The notes beneath the pieces are model-generated. The model was not told the origin of the DNA. It worked only from the letters and a program-made list of their open reading frames with translations, and did not search any database. DNA of 64,000 nt from Octopus bimaculoides. Taxonomy: Eukaryota. The translations under genes and the position numbers were made by a program. This document shows, in pieces, positions 1 through 11,489 of the stretch. Positions within the stretch are counted from its first letter, which is position 1. The number at the start of each line of letters is the position of its first letter. The stretch spans positions 61,046,289 through 61,110,288 of the forward strand of contig NC_068992.1 in the NCBI RefSeq assembly GCF_001194135.2. The letters are read 5' to 3'.

Positions 1-916
1 TGTTTATGTGAAGACATGAAGACACTAAACATTCACCTGTTTTCTTATATAATTTTTAAAAAGGAACAGTTGGCAGTGACTCTGAAGTTTCACCTACTTG
101 GATTCATCACCCTGTTAGGAAAATCGTCTTCCAAGTCTTATATATAATCGTTTCTTTGGTGAAGCAATGTGGTTGCAAAGAAGGTGTAATATAGTGAATA
201 AAGAAAAGCAAATGGAGATAATGAAACGAGAGAGGAAGAAAAAGCAGTGGACAAATGAGGAGAAATAGAAAAAGAGAAGGAAGTAAAAGATAAATGTTTA
301 AGTGGTGGAGGAAAGGAAAAGTGAGTTCAAATTAATTTTAGTCCTTCTCATTGGCTTATTACATTAACTAGGTTTATACTACTATTAACTATTCTTCATG
401 CAGAAGGTTTCCCTGGAAAATTTCCCATTGTCATGAATGAAACTGTAGTTAGTGTATTTGTTTGTACTCCTTTTTTTGACTATTTCATGAATGAAGATTA
501 ACTTCATGACTGTACATTCCTCTCTCCCCTCACTCTTTCTTAATCTCTTATTCCCACTTTCTTGCCCCCACCCCACCCCAACGCCTCTCAGTCAGACACT
601 GTATTTGCTTTCTATGTTAAAGTTATCTTCTGTACTTCTCTCTCTCTGCCCCTCTCTCTGACATCTTAATAATTTTTCCTAAAATGATTTTTCCCAAACA
701 CTTTTAACTTCAAAAGTCTAAAAAAAGTTCCTGCTCATTTTTGTTGAATGTTATTCGTCTTCATCTTCAATTTGGTTTGTTTTCTTTTATCATTGTCATT
801 ATATAGCAGTTTGTGCATGCATGCTTGTATGTGTATGCGTTTATTTGAATGCATATTCTGGACCAGAGAAAATCGGTTAAAAAAACCCCCCAAAACCTAA
901 TTCAAAAAATAAGTAC

Positions 917-995
917 CTATTTCCTGCAGGTGGGCTAATGCAGTATCATCTAGTTCTGTCAGTATTTCACATTTTACACCTCTATCCAAGAGCAC
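917..995 (-). CDS. Candidate internal coding exon, 79 nt, phase 0 to 1 (VLLDRGVKCEILTELDDTALAHLQEI-G); weak ankyrin-like spacing LLxxG-x11-TxL
   Basis: Minus strand reads (tta)n-ttgcag|GTGCTC...GAAATAG|gtactt; only one of three frames is open. Donor is weak; product not recognised. Confidence 0.35.
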
Positions 996-999
996 CTGC

Positions 1000-1037
<38 letters not shown>
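1000..1037. repeat. (AAT)n microsatellite
   Basis: Direct reading, about 12 units. Confidence 0.95.
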
Positions 1038-1038
<1 letters not shown>

Positions 1039-1394
1039 GAGCACTCAGAGCGCAAACCTCTGCCATGGCAACATCAGTGTCCTCTCAACGATTGGCTGGA
1101 GATGATTTTTAAAATGCGAATATCTGAAATAAACTCGACAGCTCTCACAAATGAGAATATAAAAAATGAACCCAACCACTCTCAAAAATTTTTTTTAAAT
1201 GGAAAAGTAATCCAGAATCCTTGTCCGGTACTGGATCGATCCCAAAATCTAATGAGTTCGTGCCTGTCATGAGATCAAACATCCCTGAAAATTTCATCCA
1301 AATCCATCCAGCAGTTCTTGAAATATCTTGTCCATGGACAAACAAACAAACATTATTGAAAACAATACCTCTGCCTTTGCTAAGGTGGAGGTAA
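1038..1394 (-). mobile_element. Helentron-associated non-autonomous element (HINE; DINE-1/pearl-like architecture)
   Basis: Minus 5' end TTACCTCCACCTT-AGC-AAAGGCAGAGG palindrome; internal (TTTG)3; 3' subterminal GGCAGAGG (1057-1064) then terminal hairpin GCGCTC-T-GAGTGC; AAT repeats on both sides. Confidence 0.8.
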
Positions 1395-1396
1395 TA

Positions 1397-1603
1397 ATAA
1401 TGGTTTCAAATTTTGTCACAAGGCCAGCAAGTTGGGAGGGGAGGAGCAAGTTGATTACATCAAACTCAATGCTTGACTGGTACTTATTTTATCAACCCTG
1501 AAAGGAAGAAAGGAAAAGTTGACCGTAACAGAATTTGAACTCAGAAAGAATCTGGAAGAAATGTTACTAAACATTTTTTTCTAACAAGTTAACAATTCTA
1601 CCA
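1397..1603 (-). mobile_element. SINE-B (about 210 bp, tRNA-like head, (ATT)n tail)
   Basis: Shares GAGTTCAAAT B-box-like motif and ctttgcctttcatcc / aagtaccag core with more than 15 other copies in the window. Confidence 0.75.
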
Positions 1604-2077
1604 TATGCCAATACACACAGATAGAGAAATTAAGGCAAATAGACCAGATATAGTTGTCAAAGATCATGAAGGAAAAAAATGCCTTCTAATTGATGTTTCA
1701 ATACCAGCAGATGACAACGTTTCTCTAAAAGAAATGGAAAAACTTTCAAAATACAAAGACCTGGAAATAGAGATAACTCGAATGTGGAATCTAAAAACAG
1801 AAACAATTCCTATCATAGTAGGTGCCTTAGGTATAATAAAAAAATATTCAGACAAATACATAACAAAAACACCAGGACTTACAAATATATATAACATACA
1901 GAAAATTGCACTACTGGGTACTGCACACATTCTACGCAAAACACTTTCAATACAGTAAACATAAGAGCACCACAGCACATACCCAAGGCGCACAGAGCTG
2001 CGCTCGGTAGTGAAGTGAAAGCACGTTATAAAAATAAAACTACTGAATAATAATAATAATAATAACCATAATAATAA
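1603..2077 (+). mobile_element. 5'-truncated R4/Dong-clade non-LTR retrotransposon (RLE domain, 3' UTR, (AAT)n tail)
   Basis: ORF 1605-1958 has RPDIVV...LIDVSIP...KEMEKLSKYKDL...MW...IPIIVGALG, the PD-(D/E)xK restriction-like endonuclease of R2/R4-type LINEs; short UTR then (AAT)n. Clade assignment is from motif style and tail. Confidence 0.85.
1605..1958 (+). pseudogene. C-terminal 117 aa of LINE ORF (restriction-like endonuclease), uninterrupted
   Basis: No stops or frameshifts; the ATG is probably an internal Met at the truncation point. Confidence 0.8.
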
Positions 2078-2285
2078 TCCTGTCTAATATAAGCACAGGG
2101 CCTGACATTTTTGGAGAAGTGGTAGTTCATTACAATGACCCCAGTGTTCAATTGATACTCATTATATCAACTCTCAAAAGGATGAAAGGCAGAGCCAACC
2201 TTTGGCCAAACTTGAACTTAATACATTAAGCTGGAACAAATGCCATTAAGCTTCTGCCAATGATTCTGCCAGTTGCTGGCTCAAT
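2078..2285 (-). mobile_element. SINE-B copy whose tail merges with the R4/Dong tail
   Basis: Same family motifs as 1397-1603. Confidence 0.7.
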
Positions 2286-2339
2286 AATAGTAATGTATTT
2301 TTTCTTATGTCTTGCAAGTACTTGGTGGTCCTATCAGTG

Positions 2340-2645
2340 CAGGTGCCACTTAAAAGCACCCAGTCCACACTGTAAAGTGGTTGGAGTTTGGAAGGGCAAC
2401 TGTAAAAATCTTGCCAAAACTGACCTTACCTGTGCTTGTGCCATGTAAAATGTACTAAGTCCACTCTGCTGAGTGGTGGTGTTAGAAAGGGCATCCAACT
2501 GTAGAAATCTTCCCAAAACAGTCACAGAAGTCTGATGCAGGCTTCGGCCTGGTTGGCTCTTGTGGAACTGTCCCACCCATGCTAGCATGGAAGATGGACT
2601 TTAAACGATGATGATAATAATAATGCTGATAATGATGATCATGAT
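2340..2645 (+). mobile_element. SINE-C / retroposon with (GAT)n tail
   Basis: aggaagggcatccaactgtagaa...cccatgctagcatggaa...ttaaacgatgatgat; recurs at 4.6, 12.7, 33.1, 39.6, 46.7, 55.5, 58.5 and 61.1 kb. Confidence 0.7.
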
Positions 2646-2716
2646 AGAAATCATGGCCATTGATTGATAGGTGAGCAACATTTTGGTTTTATCCTCTATT
2701 TACTAACTTGTTCCAG

Positions 2717-2847
2717 GTTCAATTTTAACCAGCAAATTTAATAAAAAAAATGAAAAGATTCCAGGCATTAGTGAACCTAAAATACTTGGAAATTCTGATA
2801 TCCAAACTATTGAATTTCAAACAGTTTCTGCTAATAACGTCAAATGA
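2717..2847 (+). CDS. Candidate terminal exon (G)SILTSKFNKKNEKIPGISEPKILGNSDIQTIEFQTVSANNVK*
   Basis: TACTAAC at 2701-2707, ttgttccag acceptor, open frame to TGA, AATAAA at 2875-2880. Branch motif is unusually close to the AG; chance occurrence possible. Confidence 0.25.
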
Positions 2848-3247
2848 ACAACAAAATGCTAATATATATAAATGAATAAAGAAATGCATAAATCAATGAG
2901 TTCAATAATCTGATAACTTAAATTCCAATAAGATTTAAATACTATTAAAATATCCAAATATTTTGATAGCATTTAAATGAATTACCTTATTGTCTATTTC
3001 TAATCTTATTTTCTGTTTCACCATCCTCCAAGGTATTCATTTTTAACTTATCTATTAATTATTTTTGTTTTCCATTTTTTTCTTTTTGCTTTTCCTTTTC
3101 CAAAGATATCTACGAGACAAATTGTTTTTATTTTATTTTACTTTAGAACAGATTGTCTTTTAAAAGAGTAACAATAGCTCTTGTCTTATGTTTCGAAATG
3201 AGACTTGAATGTTATCTGCTGTTCACGCACTCATATATCATGTGTCC

Positions 3248-3303
<56 letters not shown>

Positions 3304-3599
3304 CTTAAAATCAGATTTAGCCAAGTGGGTGGATTTAGCATTCATCTTTGTTGAATATGAGTTTATATTTGGACTGATATTATGTTACCTAGTTGTACAG
3401 TTTAAATATTGGTTATCTTTTAAGCATTGTTCATTAAAGGGTGTGTAGCAATGTAACTTAAAATACTCTTGTATGTTTATTGGGGAAAGTATCATAATCA
3501 GTGGCACTGTCTTTTCACCTCCTACTTTTGACAAGTCATTGTGCATTCTTCTTTGGCATCTGTCTATATTGAGAGACAATGGTGTTTTGCATCACTGAT

Positions 3600-3990
3600 C
3601 ACTTAAGGTTTGACTGCATGCCAACTCTGTAGGGGCAACACCTTTCTGTGCTGTTGCTGCTGCTTTTCAAAACAGCACTGAAGTAATATGTCTTGAGTGC
3701 AAACCTGGGTTGGGTATATGTAGATTCTGGGTTGCTCATATACTGGAACAACTCCCTTGTCTTTGGTGTAGTCCAAAAACTGTAGAACAGTACATTTGAC
3801 ACTATTTTGGCTACAGGAGTTACCAAAAGGACATCAAACTACCTAAGGGACTCCATTCCAGATTCCCTGGTCTCTGCCTCACAAAACAATGAAGCTATAA
3901 CTGGGACTCTGCAACAATGGACAGGGACCCAAATCAGATATTATCAGCTGGAGTCAGCTGAGCCTGAGATTTGTGTTAAGTAGGGTCAAC
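3600..3990 (+). mobile_element. Degenerate RTE-clade LINE 3' fragment
   Basis: Frameshifted remnants resembling LRLF..A, ETW, FAGHC (FPGLCL) and ILWEP motifs of RTE-like C-termini; heavily decayed. Confidence 0.4.
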
Positions 3991-4339
3991 ATGCCCTATT
4001 GTAGTGACTAGCTCACAACCTGAAACCACTACATTGTGGCTTGAATCTTTTTTTTTCTGCCTTTTTAAATCTTTTGTATTTGGCTCAGCACCCCAAAATA
4101 TCAACCTATTGGCTGGATGATTTATATTTATGTTGTCACTGGAACATAACTATACTTGAATGCATAGTTACATAGCACACAAGCAGCTTTGTCTACCATA
4201 ATCTAAATAGGTACATGATGTAGTGCAGGTCAGTGCAATATAAATGGCAAAAATTTTACTAGTTTCCAGAGTAGAAATTAAAATTTACCAGCATAAAAAT
4301 TTATGCAAGTAGATGTTAGAATAGAAATGATGGCAGTAC

Positions 4340-4745
4340 AGGCCTGTCTATGTGGTTAAGAAGCTTAGGTTCCTTCCATGCTATTGTGTAGCACCTTGGG
4401 TTTGTCTTCTATTTTAACCCTGATTGATCAAGGTCTTGTGAATGGATTTTGTAGATGGAAACTAAAACACATATACACGCAGTGTGTGTGTGCATGTGTA
4501 TGTGCCCCTGTCTTGACATCACATGATTGTTGTAAATGACCATCACTGTTATACTAGCAATGTTTGTTTCTCATCTTCTGTGAAAAACATGTGTTCCTAT
4601 GGAGAAATATTACCTTGCTTGGAAATAGGTGAGGGTTAGCAACAGGAAGGGCATCATGCTATAGAAAAATCTGCTTCAACACATTCTGTCTGACCCATGC
4701 AAACATGGAATGGTGGACATTAAATGAAGATGATTATGAAGATGA
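4340..4745 (+). mobile_element. Old SINE with A-type head and (GAT)n-type tail
   Basis: tgtggttaagaagc...ccttggg head; aggaagggcatc...ggacattaaatgaagatgat tail. Confidence 0.65.
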
Positions 4746-4789
4746 TTTTATTAAAATAAAGCTAAAGCAAATTTAATGTATCAATTTAT

Positions 4790-5350
4790 TTTTACCCTAT
4801 CACCACAGCTCTTTACTAATTCACTGTATTGCAAAATATACTTGATAATCGTCACTTGAGGAATAGCTGCTTCACTGTCTGAATATTGCAACACCACTAC
4901 TCTATTGCTACAATACTTAGTGTTACGGCATTGCTTCAGTTACTGCAACGCTGTTCTATTATAACTGAAGAATTATAGCCATTATTGCAGCACTGTTGCA
5001 TAACTGCAGCATTGCTACAATGCCATGATACAAATCCACTATGTGACATTAGTTCAATATTAGTAAGCATAACATTATCATATGCTATAACCACCTTATC
5101 ACTGCACTAGTCTGATACAGGGTCACTATCATTATTAAGTGTTGTACTACATATGTCACCACTGTACTAGTTTGACTCGAGACACTAGTGCAGTACAGCA
5201 ACACTTCTGCAGTGCCATACTACTAACCTGGTAGTGATACTAGAGCGCTACAGTAACCTTTCTTCAATCCAACAACATTTGTCTGATATAGTGATTCCAG
5301 TCTAGAGCAGTAACACGACTTCAGTCCAGCAATACCAGTACAACATCAAT
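4790..5350. repeat. Cryptic ACT/AGT/CAGTA-rich low-complexity tract
   Basis: Recurrent cactagt, cagta, actac and tgatac words with few homopolymer runs; similar tracts at 5830-6000, 6400-6540, 8160-8830 and 11330-11470. Confidence 0.5.
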
Positions 5351-5489
5351 TTTTTTTAGAATCTTTGGTTCTAAAGCCTTTCTGGTTTATTGAATTTTTT
5401 CCAAACCAGGCATGGTTACCTTGTTCAACACACTTTAAATTAAATGAATATTAAATGAAGTATAAATAACAATTAGTATAAATAACAGT

Positions 5490-5680
5490 TTAAAATTTTT
5501 GGGGAAGGGTTAAGTCAATTACATTGACACCAGTACTCAATTGGTACTTAGTTTATTGATTCTGAAAGGATGAAAGGCAAAGTGTACCTTGGCAGAAATT
5601 GAACACAGAACATAAAGATGGGCAAAATGCCACCAAACATTTTGCCCAGCATGCTGCTGATTCAGCCAGCTCAGCACCTT
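5490..5680 (-). mobile_element. SINE-B copy
   Basis: Family motifs gaaaggatgaaaggcaaag and cattttgccc. Confidence 0.7.
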
Positions 5681-6029
5681 CATTAGTATAAATACTACAA
5701 ATTTATTAACACCATACTGTGCATGGTACTAGTAAACTAGTCTGGTGGTCACAAGAATTTGAAGTTCCTGTTTGTAAATTAGAGCAGATTATAAAAGGTT
5801 CCAGACCATCAGTATTCAGAAAGTTGGTGATAAGCCTGTAGTAGTTTAGCACAACAACACTAGTCAAGTGCAGCAACATTGGTCCAGTCCAATAGCACTA
5901 CTATAGTGTAATACTAGTGTGTCACTATATTTGTACTGTAGAGCTGTCTCAACTGTAGCATTGTCTACTTTCATACTATGATACTACTACAACACTATGA
6001 TGCGAATAAGTTGTTTTTTTTTTTTACCC

Positions 6030-6360
6030 CAGATTGCAAGTTGTGCAGACATGTGAGTAGAGATAGAGAGATTTAACAGCTGATTCTAGCAGGTCAAAGT
6101 GACCACGTAGAGATTTCCTCATTAGCTTGACACTACTAAATTAGTTATTTAGTCCTATGGTTGATCAAGCAATTCCAGCTCTGATCAGCCTGTGTTTTTG
6201 CATTTTTTTTTTATCACACACAATTATATTTGGTACTACATTCTCTGTGTACTTTGCATCCCGTTTTTTTTTGAGATAGCAGGTTGTGATCTTTAGGGAA
6301 ACTTGGCTGCTATTTCTAATAGTTTGAGCAATCATGAAGAGGTGTTCTTCGATGGCTTGA
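6030..6360 (+). mobile_element. Interspersed repeat family E
   Basis: gatcaagca..., gctgctatttctag motifs recur at about 18050, 35440, 50790 and 53235. Confidence 0.5.
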
Positions 6361-6544
6361 CAGTACTACAATATATGTTGTTTGCTTTGTTACTGAAATA
6401 AAATTAAAGTCATAGAGTACTATACTACATAGCACAACTTTTTCCCTTTATTTATCATCATTATCGAAAGAAAATCAGTAACACAGCAGTACTTAACACA
6501 CTACTGCTCCTAGAGTTTTACAACAGTATATTCAGCAGTTCGGG

Positions 6545-6830
6545 TGTGTGGCCTAGAGGTTAGGTGTGTTGCACTTATAACTGTCAGATTCTGGTTTTGA
6601 TTTCCAGGCTGTGCATTGTGTTCTTGAGCAAAACAGTTCATTTCATGTTGCTACAGTTTACTCAGCTGTAAATGGACTAGTCTACTCAGCTGTAAATGGA
6701 TTACTCCTGTGATGGACTAGTTCTCTGAGCAGGGGGAACATTGGTCTGCTTTCCTAACTAGCAATGTGGCATCATCCAAAAGCTGAAATGATCCAAAGTG
6801 CATTGTCCAAAGCGATCGTCTGGTCAATCA
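6545..6830 (+). mobile_element. SINE-D (tRNA-like head)
   Basis: ggcctagaggttagg...ttgtgttcttgagcaaaac...catgttgct; same head at 7669 and 31700; internal 24-bp tandem duplication at about 6659-6705. Confidence 0.65.
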
Positions 6831-7668
6831 TGTGATATTAAGCAATGGTAGCATGATGCACCACTGGTATCTCTTACATAATTCTAATACTGTTATATTA
6901 ATACTAGCATAATCCTACTGTATTACATCTATATACACAACTGTGTGTGTGTGTGTATAGATGGATATTGGCCTCAGTTTTCGACTATGAGTTTGTAGTT
7001 TCTTTTATTAATTGAATTTCCAGGCTCGTTGAATTAGTAAGTGACCAAGTATTCCACAGACATGTGCAATTATAACAATTCTTAGGTGCAATCAATTTGA
7101 TATGCATGTCAAGACTGGACCTTCTGGATTACTGGCATAATTCATCTGACGGGATTCTAAACTGTTTCTGTCTACCCAATTTTGCTCACAGAGTTTTGGG
7201 TTACCCCAAGGCAATAGAAAATAACATTTGGCTAAGATGCCAAATAACAGGATGGAACTTTTGACCTCATGTTTGCAAAATAAAATTTAAACTACTTTGT
7301 CATATTGCATCTGTCCATGTGTGTCTCTGTCTATCATGTCACACATGAGTGCTTATTCATCTTTTGTCTCTCTCTCTTCCCCCCCCCTCCCCTCTCTGTG
7401 TGTGTGTGTGTGATGCACATTCTCATTTACAAAAAAAAAAAAAAAAAAATCCTGAATAACTGGGAGAACAATTTAAGATAAAGTACACAATAAATAAGCT
7501 AGATATTGGAAAAGTCTATTTAAATATTGGTTCTTACAAGAGTAATCATATTTCCTACTTTTTAAAATTTGTCCGAGTGGATTCCAAAAAGAAGACTACA
7601 CTCGACTAGTCTTGTAAGAATCGTCATTTTAATATGTGAATAAATATATGCGTGTGTATGTGAAAACA

Positions 7669-7912
7669 CATGGCCTTGTGGTTAAGATGTTGCACTCTCA
7701 ATCACTAGATCATGGATTCAATTCTTGGACTGGGTGGTGCATTGTATTCTTGAGCAGAACACTTCGTTTCATGTTGCTAAAGCTAAAAACATGAAGTGCA
7801 AGGTGACCAGTGATGTATAACAACATCCAATAGTCTTTCTAGTTGACACCATTATAGTTGACACCAAAGCCTTGAGTGGATTTGGTAGACGGAAACTGAA
7901 AGAAGCCTGTCG

Positions 7913-7947
<35 letters not shown>

Positions 7948-8158
7948 ATATGTTTGTGTGTCTGTTTGTCCCCCCAACATCGCTTGACAACTGATGGTGG
8001 TGTGTTTACGTCCCCGTAACTTAGCGGTTCGGCAAAGGAGACCGATAGAATGAGTACTAGGCATCCAAAGAATGTTCCGGGGTCGATTTGCTCGACTAAA
8101 GGCGGTGCTCCAGCATGGCCACAGTCAAATGACTGAAACAAGTAAATGAGTAAAAGAG
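7669..8158 (+). mobile_element. SINE-D head followed by SINE-A body
   Basis: 7863-8158 matches the near-intact SINE-A at 25929 (gtggatttggtagacggaaactgaaagaagc...ggcggtgctccagcatggcc). Confidence 0.8.
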
Positions 8159-9065
8159 TATAGTATAACCCAACCAACCATACAATAAAGCCCCAGGTTA
8201 GCTTGATCAAAGCTAACCTGGGGCTATTGATATTTCCGCAATTGCAATGTACTGTACAAATAATACTAACACAGAACAACCATTGCAGTATAGCAACAGA
8301 AAACGTTACATAGCTGTGCATAACATACCACAACATACTGCCTGCCATACCGTACAACAAGAGCTGTTACTTACTGCAAAATGCAATACCAGTTTTTCTT
8401 ACTACTATTACTACTCTCCCCATCGTCTTTACTTCTACTGTAACAATAGTCTATGTATTACGTGTATACATGCACTATGTCTGATAAAAAGTCTGGTTGG
8501 TCAAGGCTGGAGAACACTTTTGATCATTGGCTTGCTTATTCAGGGCTGTTTAGGAGCTAGCTACTCAACAACAACAACTTGCTGCAGTACCACCACCACC
8601 ACCACTACTACTACTGCTACTACTACAATATGCTAACCACAGCAAAACCCCTTAGAATCTGTAACCATATTATAACAACAGTAATAGTTAAACTTAAGTG
8701 ATACAATGATTGCAGTATAACTGTATCATACCATATATGATACTGTATTACATCATACCACACTCTATGATGCTATACTGTATGATACACCATACCATAC
8801 AACAGTGATTATAACTACATCTATCTAGCTATCTTTCTTTCCTATGTTATCTCTGAAGTTGATACCCACTTGCAAACAATACATACAACCAGCTTCGTTG
8901 CCCCCTCCCAACTCCCACCTACATCCGACCCCCTCCCCCCCCACCTTCCAAAACCAAATAACAAATGTAATACAATAAAATATATATATATATATATAAA
9001 TACCATCACAGATAAACAAATCTAAACAAAAATTAAAGAATGATGGAAAGGAAAAGAAAGAAATA

Positions 9066-9417
9066 NNNNNNNNNNNNNNNNNNNNNNNNNNNNNNNNNNN
9101 NNNNNNNNNNNNNNNNNNNNNNNNNNNNNNNNNNNNNNNNNNNNNNNNNNNNNNNNNNNNNNNNNNNNNNNNNNNNNNNNNNNNNNNNNNNNNNNNNNNN
9201 NNNNNNNNNNNNNNNNNNNNNNNNNNNNNNNNNNNNNNNNNNNNNNNNNNNNNNNNNNNNNNNNNNNNNNNNNNNNNNNNNNNNNNNNNNNNNNNNNNNN
9301 NNNNNNNNNNNNNNNNNNNNNNNNNNNNNNNNNNNNNNNNNNNNNNNNNNNNNNNNNNNNNNNNNNNNNNNNNNNNNNNNNNNNNNNNNNNNNNNNNNNN
9401 NNNNNNNNNNNNNNNNN
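9066..9417. other. Assembly gap
   Basis: N run. Other gaps: 15052-15790, 16228-16332, 26268-26277, 34260-34585, 43179-43355, 52328-52528. Confidence 1.
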
Positions 9418-9430
9418 TCTATATTGCCCC

Positions 9431-9518
<88 letters not shown>

Positions 9519-9959
9519 TTGTCTGTCTTTTTCTGTCTGTTGCTTTTTCTCTCTCTCTCTCTCTCTCCACGTCCTCTTTACCCTGTCAATTTCTTTCTCT
9601 CGCTTTTCTCTAGCTTTCTTTTTCTCTACTGCTTCTATCTTTTTTCATGCTTTCTTTTCACTCTCTCAAGCTTTCTCTCTTCTTATTCTGTCTTCAATCT
9701 CTCTTTCCACGTTTTCTCTCCCTTTCTCCACTCTTTTCATGTTTTCTGTCTTGTCTTTTTCCATGCTTTCTCTCTCATCTTTTTCCATGCTTTCTCTCTC
9801 TTTTTCCACACTTTCTCTCTCATCTTTTTCCACACTTTCTCTCCCGTCTTTTTCCACGCTTTCTCTCTCATCTTTTTCCACACTTTCTCTCTCTTTCTTT
9901 TCACACCTTCTCTTTCCATTCTTTTCCTTTCTACACACTCTTTACTCTTTCTCTTCACT

Positions 9960-9996
<37 letters not shown>

Positions 9997-10200
9997 ATTC
10001 TGCATCCTCCTACATCTCTCCCTCTCGTTCTCTTTCAGATGTTTTTCATTCTCAGTCACTTTTCAGCTTTTCTTCTGCTATTGTTTTCCTTCCTTCACTT
10101 TCTCCTTCATTCATTCTTACTGTTTCTACTTGCTTCCTACACCTCTCCTCACCACTCCCCATTGTCTTTTACATTCTTCTTGTTTTTTGCATTTTTCTAG
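9418..10200. repeat. Polypyrimidine tract: (CT)n plus about 6 copies of a ~24-bp unit tttttccacactttctctctcatc (9755-9900)
   Basis: Direct reading; explains the spurious ORFs at 9022-10252. Confidence 0.9.
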
Positions 10201-10241
10201 ACAAATTAAGCAGTCTGTGGTAAATGTTTCTATAGACTTAC

Positions 10242-10254
10242 ACAAGAACTGAAG
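10242..10254 (-). CDS. Candidate 13-nt microexon, phase 2 to 0 (G-FSSC); alternative 7-nt form 10242-10248
   Basis: Minus strand ttgttgttttag|CTTCAG|TTCTTGT|gtaagt: perfect donor, two in-frame acceptors 6 nt apart, phase-compatible with the 11722-11788 and 917-995 exons. Confidence 0.35.
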
Positions 10255-10849
10255 CTAAAACAACAACAACATCAACACTATGAACATCATCATCATCATC
10301 AGCAGCAGCAGCCCTCTTAAAGTCATCTTTTGATGAGATCATTTCACTGCGACAGTAACAAAACAGCAGTAATAACAATATCAATAACAATGACAATACA
10401 CCATCACCATCATCGTCATCATCATCTCTAACATCTTATTGCTATTTGTTGCTATTGGAAAGGAAATCTGTTTTAATGATTTAAGGAATTTACTCCAATA
10501 CCTTTGCTAGAAAGATAGAAAGAAAGAAAAGTGATAAAACGCTAACATCATTTATGTTTTTTTTGCTTTTATTATTTTATTTTAAATCTCATTGGTTTCT
10601 AGTGATATGTTGTAATTGCTATTATGAAGGGTGGTGGTGGTTGGCAGGATCAATAGTGTTGCACGACAAAATGTCATGTTGTATTTTAGTTATGCCTCTT
10701 TGCTGTTCAAATCTCATCAAGGTTAGCATACCCTTTCGTCCTTACCAAGCCATGAAAATTATCACCAGTCAAATATTGGGGCCAACATAACCGTTTTTCC
10801 TTACCAAATTTCTGGCTTTGTGCCTATGTTAGTAGTAGTAGTAGTAGTA

Positions 10850-11300
10850 ATAATAATCCTTTCTTCTATAGGCACAGGGCCTGAAATTTCGAGGGAAGGG
10901 GCTAGCTGATTACATCAACCCCAGTATTCTACTGGTACTTATTTTATCGACCTCAAAAGGATGAAAAGCAAACTCGGCTTCAACAGAATTTGAACTCAGA
11001 ACATAAAGACAGACGACTTACCACTTAGCATTTTGCCTGGTGTCCTAATGATTCTGCCAGCTTGCTAAATAATAATAATAATTCTTTCTACTATGGGCAT
11101 AAGGCCTGATTTTTTTTTTTTTTTTTTGTGGGAAGGGGCTAGTTGATTACATCAATCCCAGTGCTCAACTGGTACTCATTTTATCAGCCCAAAAGGATGA
11201 AAGGCAAAGTCAACCTTGATGGCAGTTGAACTTAGATGGGAAAAATGTTGCTAAGCATTTTATCTGACATGATAATGATTATCCGTTCATCACCTTTGTT
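10850..11300 (-). mobile_element. Two head-to-tail SINE-B copies
   Basis: Copies at about 10850-11070 and 11083-11300 joined through aataataat. Confidence 0.8.
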
Positions 11301-11489
11301 GTCGTTATGTATTGTACACCTGCTGTGTGCTGATGACACTACAATGAAAGTCTTTCCAATTAAGTGCGAGTTCCAGTACTACACTTTGTATACTATGCAC
11401 AGTAACCATCTGACTCTGAAACACATAGCACCAACCACACAACACATCAAATACATTCACCACCCTACTGAATAAATTGCTTGTCACAG

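Noticed and set aside
1664-1993. 109-aa minus ORF
   Set aside because: Antisense shadow of the LINE endonuclease ORF.
7531-7620. 11-bp inverted repeat TTCTTACAAGA / TCTTGTAAGAA
   Set aside because: Too short and AT-rich, with no TSD or second copy.
9022-10252. Long ORFs of 182-386 aa
   Set aside because: They span an N gap and (CT)n/minisatellite sequence; low-complexity artefacts.
11325-11355. CTGATGA...GAAA hammerhead-like spacing
   Set aside because: The intervening cactacaat cannot form stem II.
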